This document shows positions 53,900 through 64,000 of a stretch of DNA of 64,000 bases, in pieces (the first letter of the stretch is position 1; every line of letters starts with the position of its first letter). The notes under the pieces are model-generated. The model worked only from the letters and a program-made list of their open reading frames with translations. It made no database searches and had not been told where the DNA came from. The translations under genes were made by a program, and so were the position numbers. Origin of the DNA: Chiloscyllium plagiosum (Eukaryota); assembly GCF_004010195.1 (NCBI RefSeq), contig NC_057719.1, positions 35,774,684 to 35,838,683 of the forward strand. The letters are read 5' to 3'.

Positions 53900-56600
53900 C
53901 ACACAGCTCAACAAAAGGGTTATGTTTTAGTTTCAATTTAGAACAGTTCTGGAGAAGTCCTTGAATGAAGATGGATGTATAAAATATTGATCTTGAGAAA
54001 GAAATAAGATACTAAAAGTAAATTACCATAGAGCAAGGAGTTTAGTAAAACTTCCAGACTAGAAATATTTGAAAAAAACCATCAAGAGATTATTTGAAAC
54101 TGAGCATTTTTAAACTTGATTATATGAAAGCTCCAGGAAAAGGCTACAAGATTTTCTAGACTGGGAGTTGAAATCATGGTTGATTTAAATTTTTCTTGAA
54201 GTATTAGAAAAAGGGATTCTCCTCTGAGAAAACACGACAGATGTTCAAAGAAATCCATAAGGAATCTTTGAGGTACTGAAAAGCATTTCTGGGCACAACA
54301 GTAGCCTGGCACAGTTATAGCAGAGGTTTTATGTGTACAAGCAAGCTGAAGGGGAGTATCTGGTTTCTGTATCCTTGGAGTTGCATTTTGACTCTATTAT
54401 CCTCCCAGATCCCTCCTTCAAATAACCAGACAGCTGAAGTATCACCCAACAGATTCAGTGAAAGTTGGGAATGTGAATTGAGCTGAAGAGGCCTAATGGT
54501 GACAAACCTCAGTTATCTTTCTTTGATGTGAGGATTACATCATCAGGATCTTGGAGAAGGATTAGACTCTTAAGACCAGGAAAGAGAATAATATCAGGCT
54601 GAAGAGGCATATGGAACAGACATCTGCATACTGTCCCATCTCCACGTTAAGGCCCTCAACTGGTCCCACCCAAGGGATGCTCCAAAGACATGTTGGAATT
54701 GTGAGAGGGCTGAGCACTTCAAATGAGACTGTCCTCAATAACCATCGCCTCCTCTGCCATTAGGCATAGACACCCATTCAGGGCAAGGACCTTCCCTTCT
54801 CACCAGATTTTAAATTAGTTATGTCTCACACCGAGAACCAATACAGGGGAAAGGGTTCCTTCAGGAAGAGAAAGTTTTATGTAGAGGAATGTTAACTTGC
54901 CCAACAATAAATGTGAGATTTAGCAAGGTAGAAGCATCATGTCTGATTGACGAAAGAGTAGAGGTGTCCACTACAACTTGCCAACTTTCCCATGACTGTC
55001 TAGCTGACGGATATGAATTGATTGATGTCTGTTCCCTCAGCCACTTGATCTCAGGGAGGTGATAGCCTAGTGGTATTATTGCTGGAATGTTAACCCAGTG
55101 ATTCAGCAAAACCCCTGAAGAGCCAAGTCAAATTCTGCCCTGGCAGATTTTAAAATTTGAATTCAATAAAAATCTCCCTTATCGATTGTCAGGAAAAATG
55201 CATCTGGTTCACTGCTGTCCTTTAGGAACGATATTTGCCATTCTTACCTAGTCTGGCCTAAATGTGACTCCAGACCCGCAGCAATGTGGTAGACTCTTAG
55301 CTAACCTCTGGTCAATAGGACAATATATGGGTGGTAAATGTTAGCCAGTGATACCCTCATCCTGTGAATGAATCAATTAAAGAAAATTCACTCAGTTTTG
55401 ATTCCAGATCCATAGAGGCCAGGCAAATGCAATGTAAATGCTGATGCTCTTAGTCAGAAAAATGACTACAGGAGAGAACAGTTTTCACTTACAGTGATGA
55501 GGAGATTATGGCTGATGTCATAACCATGCTGCAAGTGAAAGGCAGCATTCCAATTCTGACTTCCTATGACATTTGGGCTAAGATTCAGCGGAGTGACACC
55601 GATGCATTTATTGCTAAGACTCAAACCAGGTCCAGACAGGTTGACCCAGTATGGTTTCACCTTTGCCATCTATCTCAAAAGGGGACGATAGATAGCTTCA
55701 GCTGATTGACATAGGAATCAGTAGACAGCGCCGCCAATCCACTAATCCAGTAATAACTGATGAGGGAGTCCAAACAGAAACTGTTGAGGTGGTGGAAGAA
55801 TATTAGAAAGGAGGATACAGTTGGTTCATGACAAGAGGAGAGAGAGGGAGGGAGAGAGAGAGAGAGTTAATGCAACTCATTCTTTCCAGCAACCTCAAAT
55901 GTCAAGTGTTGGTAGCAATTTGTGATCAAGTAGGACATCAAGATAACATAACTGCCCTGACCAAAGACCAGTGTTAATGGCCTGGGATAGCTTCTTACAT
56001 CGATGATGTTTGCGGAATTTGGGCGAGGTGTACTTTGGCCAAAGCAGGGAAGCAACTTACCTCAGTGTAGGATCCCTATGAGATCTCTAAAGGTCTTGCA
56101 ATGGATACTCCAGTTCTTGACCCCAGTTGTAGTGGGACTGAATACATTCTTTATTCATGAATGTCTTCATCAAGTTCACCCAACCCAGCAGTTGGACAAA
56201 TGTGAACAAACTTATGTTAGTGGACTGATAACTGGGGGGAAATCTAAGAGAACTGTTCACAGAAGAGAGTTGCTTGAGACCAGAGTCAGCTGACAATGAG
56301 GATGCAAGCAGCTCTCTCAGTGATGTTGCCAGAACCTGAAATATCAGTGCAGTAAGATAGTGATGTGGAAGCCTAGAGTGACCTGTGTGTTGTGAATCCA
56401 GAGGATGCATCCAGTGTGGGAAGGCCTACCTTACCTCCCCTCCTGCGGAAATGGCACAGGGATGATCTGCCAAGAGGTGGAAACTGAAGCACTAAGCGCT
56501 GCCGATCATTTGCCCTGTGGAGATCTGACCAATGTGGGTGATCAATTACAGAACCTGGATCCCTTGGAACCTTGGAATATACAAGTACAGTTAAGGGGCT
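53900..56600 (+). mobile_element. Highly degraded LTR retroelement / ERV internal region (gag-pro-RT)
   Basis: CX2CX4HX4C knuckle CWNCERAEHFK*DC at 54691-54732. Degenerate protease site CLIDERVEVST at ~54940-54972. RT motif SYIDDV at 55993-56010. Correct order. SINE inserted at ~55055-55380. Outer limits uncertain. Confidence 0.6.
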
Positions 56601-56699
56601 GAGAATGGTGTGGGTGGCGGGGGGGGGGAGGGATTCAAGATGTTGGCAACCCAGTAGGTCTGTCCTGCTGAGCTCTGCACCAGAACCCAGACAAAGTGG

Positions 56700-59600
56700 T
56701 GCACACACCCTCCCTTTATTACCCAATGTTGTACAAATAGTTAATTTTTGACCCCTAGAATTGTTCAGTGTCAATTTAAAATAGTTAGGAAAATGACCAA
56801 AGGGAAGGGACCACATGGATCGCAACAAGCAGGGACACTCCCTGCAACAACGGACACAACCGTGACCGCAGCACGGCCTCCGTGATTGCCCCAGGGAACT
56901 TACCTGTGGAGCAGAGCCTGAATTCGGAGTTTGTGAAACTCCAAGAGAAGATCAATTCATCGATTGAATTGATCTTCTCTTGGACAGGCTTAAACCGGTC
57001 TCGGTCTTGCTGAAGAAGCATGATCAGGAGACCCAGTGCTTCAGGCAACGTGTCGGGGAGGTGGAGAAACAGGCTGCGGCCTCTGAAACTGCAGCGGAAT
57101 CCTCAGCAGGTCTAGGCCTTGGAACAGGGGGCACGGGCCTCAGAGGAGCAGGTCAGTCGAGGTCTTCAGAGGAACATCCATCCGTTGGAGCTTCCTGAAT
57201 GGGAGGAGAGAGGCTAGCTCGTCAGCTTCTTGGAGGAATGGCTCCCGCAGTTTTTGAACCTGGATGTCGGGTCAGGCAGGTGTGGGTCAAGCAGGCCCAC
57301 CGGGTCGCAGCAAGCAGGCCCCTATTGGACCAGCGTCCCCACCTTGTCCTAGTGCAACTCCAGCATTATAGAGATAAACAAATGATGCTGGAAGCCTCTA
57401 GCACTGAGGAAGGATCCACAGGCTCTGATATACAAAGGATCATGAATTATGCTTTTCCAAGATTCTTGCTTTTCCATTACCATTTACATTGGTAATCGAG
57501 CCACTGGTGGAGGCCATCTGAAGGGACCCCAACAAGCAGGCATCAGATCACCCTTTATGTGGATGATGTTCTTCTCTTTTTAACTGATTCAATGACATCT
57601 GTGCCCGTTTAATACAAGTGATTATTTTATTTGGTTTGTTCTCAGAGTATAAAATTAATTTTATGAAATCAGAGGCCATGCCTGTTGGGAGCCTTACTAG
57701 AATATCTGATTTTGGGGATTGAACCCGTTTCCCTTTCAGATAGTTTCTGATATGTAGGCATTTTTATCACCCTGGCCTTCGATCAATTATATAAAGCTAA
57801 TTTTGTGTAGTTGCTAGAGAAAATAAGGCAGGACCTTTGGAGCTGGGAGGATCTTCCGATATCTTGGTTGAGTAGGATAGCTCTGGTCAAAATGAATGTT
57901 CTTCCTTGCTTGTTATAACCCAAGCCCCCTTTGATGCTACCTACGGAAGCTTTACAGTTGGCTTGGATCTTTCATCAGGCATCATAGGCAGCATCTTATT
58001 AAGCTGGATAAATTGCAGCTTCTGCAGGGGATGGGAGGTTTGAATTTCCCGGACTTTAAGAAATATTAATTGAGTTCCTTACTATCCTATGTGGCTGACT
58101 GGGCCTGCCAGGACCTGCGATCAATTTGGTTGGACATCGAGGCCTCCCAGGCAAAATGGCCCCTCATCAATTTTTTGTTTATGGACAAGATGAGGACTGT
58201 TGTGGACCATTGCAGAAACCGAATTGTCCTTATAGAACATAGAACATAGAACATAGAACAATACAGCTCAGAACAGGCCCTTCGGCCCTCGATGTTGCGC
58301 CGACCTGTGAACTATTCTCTGCTTGTCCCCCTACACTATCCCAAAATCATCCATGTTAGAGCAATGAGACTAATGCGGAGAGGGCAACTTACAAAAAAAC
58401 TTCCCCTTTCACCCCCATAATGGGAATGTTAGGATTCTGGCCGGGGTCGATGGATTCTGGCTTTAAGTTTTGGGAGTCGAGAGCAGTCTCCTGTTTGGGA
58501 AGTTTATTTGACGGGGAGGTCGTGATGCCTTTCAAGCAGCTGAGTCAGAAATATGAGCTATCTAGAAAGTTACTTTCAGGTTAGGGATTTTATACAAAAA
58601 AAGACTAAATTGATAAAAGCAAATTACTGCGGATGCTGGAATCTGAAACCAAAAGAGAAAATGCTGGAAAATCTTAGCGGGCCTGGCAATATCTGTAAGG
58701 AGAGAAAAGAGCTAACGTTTTGAGTCTAACTGACCCTTTGTCAAAGCTCAAAAACAAAATTGATGATTAGTCCTTATAAGTCGGATATGGAGAGTGCTCC
58801 GATCTACGGACGCTCTCTCGGTCAGTACCCTTTATCACTTGTTAGGGAGTAATGTTTCGAAGGATATTGAGCAGCTATGCAGAATCTAGACTCAGGAACT
58901 GGGTTGGAAATCCTGTCAGAGGTGTGGGAGGATATTTGGGAGAATGTAAAGAAAATTTTGATCTGTAACAGGACACAGGCTATGCAACTGAAGGCACTCC
59001 ATAGGGCTCATCTGGTATGGAGCGGCTTGCGAAGTTTAAGACAGGAGTGTCCCCAATGTGCCTCAAATGTAAAACAGATGTTGGCACTCTTAGTTATTGC
59101 TTGTGGCCATGCCTCAAGCTGCATAGGTATTGGATGCCATAGCGAGTGTTTTGGAAGAGGTTTTGGGAACTGAGGTTAAATTGGATCCGGTGTCCCTCCT
59201 CCTGGATCTCCCCTCTTTGGATGTGCATGGGAAGAAATTGTTTACCATTCTTTCATTCTGTGCGAAGAAGAACATTCTAATGAGCTGATATCAGAGAATC
59301 CCCGGGATGTTCGGACTGGTGTAGATTAATTGTGGACTACATCCCCCGGACTTCCTTACGAGTATGGTCACCAGAAAATGGAACTGTTCTATATTGATCA
59401 GGGCCTTGTGTAGTCATGAGGGCTATGTCTGGCGGTCCAGGGGCCCCTGGGCGGAAGAATCCTGAACAAATACTGGTTTGTTTACTAATGTTCCCGGTGA
59501 TGGGGAGCTTTGGTGGGATTGCGCTGAGTATAGTAATTTAACTGAATATAACTTAAGTTACCTTGGTATAACTTGGTTTAATTTAATTTAATTTTATTTC

Positions 59601-59797
59601 TTAGTTATTTATTGAATTGTAGTTTTTGTAGTGTTTTTTTCTCTCTCTCCCCTCAGTGGTTGATGGAGTAGAGTAGTAGTTTGTTTTCTGTTATTGTCAT
59701 TATATTATTAAAATTGTTACACTATTTTGTAGTGATTTGGTAATTTTGTAAAACGATTAAAATCTTTTTTCTCAATAAAAATATTTACAAAAAAAAG
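56700..59797 (+). mobile_element. L1-clade LINE with ORF1, large internal deletion, ORF2 3' half and poly(A) end
   Basis: ORF1 from ATG 56793 with (V)KQAHRV..QRP..VLV.L.HYRDKQ..L. ORF2: FTLVIEPL.EAI, ITLYVDDVLLFL (YVDD 57556-57567), YKIN..KSE, RIALVKMNVLP, GGLNFPDFKKY, C-terminal CxxC..GTL. Ends AATAAAAATATTTAC-A9. Confidence 0.85.
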
Positions 59798-60858
59798 AGG
59801 CTGAGAATGATCCTCATGAGCAACAATTGGATATCATCCCTAACCCAATCATTTACCAAGATTGGTGAAACAAGAAGAGAATGCTGCCAGTAAAATGGAC
59901 TTGAACATTTTAGCCAACATGATGCAATTGAACTTACTAATCACATAACTGCTGAGCATCTTTGACAGGCCCAGGTGAGGGCCAAGCACAAACAGGGGAA
60001 GGGATGTGGGAAAAGCAGTGTCCCATGCACCTGTATCAGCACATATCACCTGTGGCACGGTTTGAGTAAACTGTATTGCACTGTTTAGTCTTCTCAGGAT
60101 TGACAACACTAGAACTGAAGGAGGTCATCCATGATGTTGGGGACTGAGTAAGAAAAAGAGCAGAGCATAGATTTTACTATGTGACCAGGTGACACTGTAA
60201 CAACATGCTTGTACAATCACAAAGGCAACAATCGCTATTAATGACACAGTTTAAGCAAGACAGAGGACAATTCTTTGTTAAAAAGTTAGAAGTGGAGAGG
60301 GAAATAGGAATGTCTCAGAACATATTGAGGTGAGAATGAGGAACATATTGAGGTGAGAATGAGAAAGAGGAAATGTCTGAACAAGATTTAATGCAGTAAT
60401 GGAGGCAACATGTCAAATAATTCCTCCTTGTTATGGTATGCCAGATTATTAAACATTTTCCAGTGTTGTAGCCATGTCCAGAGGCAGAAGCTAACTATAA
60501 TTTGCAATGAAATCTAGCTGCTACATGATCTGGTTTGGCATTCTAATCTTAATGGAGAGGGAAAAAAAACCATTTCTGTGAATCTCTGCCGCCTACACAC
60601 CCAAGTCTTGCAGCAAGATCTCCATAGTGGGATCTTTTAAAAAAAAAGTGGCCTTGTCATGAAGGCCTTCAGATTCAATTGTGAAGAATGCAAAAGGGTT
60701 GCATTATTTTAGTAGATGGAGACTTTCTTCATATTGACAATGAGCTGACATAAAACCACCAACCCTTGCCCCTAACACCAAGATGCTCATTAGCTCCAGA
60801 AAATTATTGGGAAACTGGCTTGTCAAAGGACAATGAGAACTGACCATCAAAATGATTC

Positions 60859-62290
60859 AGGAGGAGAAAGTGAGGACTGCAGATGCTGGAGATCAGAGTC
60901 GAGAATGTGGTGCTGGAAAAGCACAGCAGGTCAGGCAGAATCCAAGGAACAGGACAATCGATGTTTCGGCATAAGCCCTTCACCAGGAATGAGGCTTGTG
61001 GACCGGGGGACTAAGAGATAAATGGAGGGAGGCGGGGTTGGGGGGGAAAGTAGCTGAGAATACAACAAGTAGATGAAGGTGGGGGAGAAGGTGATAGGTC
61101 AGAGAGGGAGGTGGAGCAGATAGATGGGAAAGATGATCGACAGGTCAGGAGGGCATTGTTGAGTTGGAGCTTGGGATTGGGATAATGTGGGGGAGGGGAA
61201 ATGAAGAAACTGATGAAATCCACATTGATCCCGTGTGGTTGCAAGTTCTCAAGGTGGAAGATGAGGCATTCTTCCTCTACGCATCGGGTGGTAATAGTTT
61301 GGCAATGGAGGATGCCCAGGACCTGCTTGTCCTTGGTGGAGGGGAAGGGGGAGTTGAAGTGTTCAGCCATGGGCAGTGCGGTTGTTGGTGCAGGTGTCCC
61401 AGAGATGTTCTCTGAAATGATCCGCAAGTAGACATCCTGTCTCCCCTATGTAGAGGAAACCACATCGGGTGCAATGGATACATTACATAATGTTGGTGGA
61501 GGTCCAGGTAAATTTTTGTCAGATGTAGAAGGATACTCTGGGGCCTTGGACAGAGGTGAGAGGGTGGTGTGGGCGCAGTGGCAGGAGAAGGTGCCAGGAG
61601 TGTGTGTGAGCTGGTGAGGGGTGGATGGGTGGGGCGAGAGGAGGGGTGACGTGGATCTGACAAGGGAGTTGCAGAGGAATGGTCTCTCCAGAATGCTGAT
61701 AAGGGTGTGGAGGGAAATATATCTCGGGTGGTGGGGTCCATTTATAGGCGGCAGAAGTGATGGAGGATGATGTGGCATATATTGAGGTTGGTGGGTGGAA
61801 GGTAAGGACCGGAAGTTCTGTCCTTGTTGTGTTGGGAGGGATGGCATTCAAGGGCGGAGGTGTGGGAAGTGATGCACTGGAGGGTATCGACGTCATGGGA
61901 GGGGAAATTGCAATCTTGGAAGTAGGAGGCCATCTGGGATTTTCTAAGGTGGAACTCGTCATCCTGGGAACAGATGTGGTGGAGGCGGAGAAATTGGGAA
62001 TAAGGATTGCCATTTTTATAGGAGGTAGAGTGGGGGGAGGTGTGGCCTAGGTAGCTGTGGGAATGGGTGGGCTTGTAGACGATGTCCGTGGTTCGTTGGT
62101 CGCAGGAGATGGAGATGGAGAGGTCCAGGAGGGGGAGGGAGATGTCCGAGATGGTCCAGGTGAATTTGAGGTTGGGGTGAAAGTGAAGTTGATGAACTGG
62201 TCAACCTCCTTGTGGGAGCACAAGGTAGCGCTGATACAGTCATCAGTGTAGCAGAGAAGCAAGTGAGGAATGGTACCAGTGTAGATGTGG
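60859..62290 (-). mobile_element. PLE, 5'-truncated (RT C-half + GIY-YIG + terminus)
   Basis: Homologous to 35157-37185: YTDDC..QFINF..LPFLD, AEHFNSP..EEECLIF.L..LQPHGIN. Confidence 0.85.
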
Positions 62291-64000
62291 AAGCTCTCAA
62301 ATTTCAAAAGATAGAAGACACAATTACTATAGCTGTTGCGCACCCATTTGGCATTCAAATTTAAACCTACCAAATACAATGCAGAAACTAACCTTGTAAT
62401 CATTTAGAAGTACAGAACTTGAGTATTGCTGAAAAAAAGACATATTTTGTGGAAGCTTTTCATTTTAAACTCAACTGGACAATTTGCAAAAAAAGACAAT
62501 ATAAAGGGAAAACAACATTTATGCTGTATGAGAGCAGACTACTGATTAGTTAGCAAATGTACCCTGATTGTTAGAAATATTGCCATGGAGAATACATACA
62601 CCAGTTAGATGATGACTGGCAGTTATCTGCAAAATTTTGTTAAAATTTTAAACCATTTGGTGACCATGATTGCAGATAACATCAGGGAAAAATGGATATA
62701 TACTGGACCAAGAACAGCAGTTACATTTCTGACTGACATTAGAGAGGGAGGAGGCAGAATTTGCAAATGATGAGTTTATTTACATTTATGAAAATAAGAA
62801 TATTGTGGTTATTACATTGCAACTGAAAATTCTTTCAGCAATGACTCAGCAGCGATTGATTAAATGCTCCAAAAGAGCTAAACTGCAAGTTAACCACTGT
62901 AATAGCATGGGCAGTCCAGGCAAAAAAAAATGTCTTTGGATGGCTGTGAGCTATATCCTTATCAGTTTATCTGTGGGAGAAATCTCAAAATGCCTGCTGT
63001 TCTGTGTGATAGTGATAGAGGCTCCAATTAGTTAAGTATTTTCTCCACATTTGAATACTTTACATTGCTGGGAAAAGGGCATATAGCAAGAGGATAAAGC
63101 CATAGGGGAAAAAAGGAGAGGGCTCTAAGGCATCACACAAGACTACACAAAAACAAAATTTAACACAGGGAATTTACTACACTATAGAAATGAGGGTTGT
63201 AGTGAGTCCAGAGAATGTGATAGGATGTGATGGCAAGGCAGTAGTTCTCCAACATGCTTGTCAAACCAGTAAAATCCATTCCTCTTGGAAGTCACTACAA
63301 ACCTTCAGAATCTGACACCTGGGCTTCATGTACACAGTTTTATCATAATGAAAATACAGTAGATAAGGAGCCAGATGTCAGTAGACAGAGTGACATGGAT
63401 GCAAAGTACAGGGCTTTTCTATCTAAAAGAAAACAACTGCCTAGCTATGATGTCAAAAAGTGTGGTGCTGGAAAAGCACAGCAGGTTAGGCAGCATCCGC
63501 TACTCATCTGACATACAGACAAGCCCAATGAATGTAGGGATACAAGTATTGTAACAAGAGCAGGGAAACCTACCAGCAAGTTCAAACGTCTCTTTGAAAG
63601 TTCTGCCATCAATCTTACCTTCCCTTAACCGTATAAGCCTAAATGGCCAAGAAGATGGACAAGAGATAAAGTGTATGGATTGGCAAAATGGAATGAAACA
63701 GTGGAAAGTAAGAAAATGAAGTTTGACTTATGATAGTTCATTTGGGAATGATGCTTACACTAGAAAATGATCATGTACTGACAGCAGAACTCTGATAATG
63801 GAGGGAGAAATCCCGCAATAGTGGTAGTCCAGAGAGCCATAAACGTGCAAGTAGAGGCAATGGGTCAATCTCAGAACACTATTGGTAGAAGCTCTTATGA
63901 CTGAGAAGGTTTGGTAGCTGCCAACAAATTAAAAGATGAATTAATAAAAAATGAAAAAAAATGTTGAATAATTGGAAGACGTTTGGTGTTTGTGTTGCAG

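Noticed and set aside
59800..60700. Possible Harbinger/Myb-like transposon remnant (also ~46450-47150)
   Set aside because: Only a vague resemblance. No motif or terminal repeat could be supported.
63254..63511. ORF containing YRAFLSKRKQLPSY, reminiscent of the motif before Walker A in DEAH helicases
   Set aside because: No GETGxGKT motif or splice structure follows, and the ORF runs into a PLE terminus. Probably chance.

Overview
Repeat-dense vertebrate genomic DNA. The HE1-type SINEs, CR1 LINEs, Deu-domain SINE and abundant Penelope-like elements (PLEs) point to a cartilaginous fish (shark). There are two N gaps (7570-8221, 19856-20022). The host locus is a CpG-island promoter with the 27-nt first coding exon of PPP2R5C (MPNKNKKDK|GT, minus strand, 30922-30948), so 1-30921 is presumably its intronic region and >31.2 kb is upstream. 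Unexpectedly, a single intact 108-nt phase 0-0 KRIT1 exon (21429-21536) sits in the same orientation inside that region with no other KRIT1 exon recognised. Upstream lie a degraded processed NDUFB9 pseudogene, a fossil gag-protease-RT LTR element, an internally deleted L1 and many PLE copies. The PLE ends carry at least four sequence types of minimal hammerhead-ribozyme motif, and several form short TSD-flanked palindromes whose symmetry axis lies at the ribozyme. Gene and family identities come from remembered protein and repeat motifs, not database searches. Repeat boundaries are approximate.
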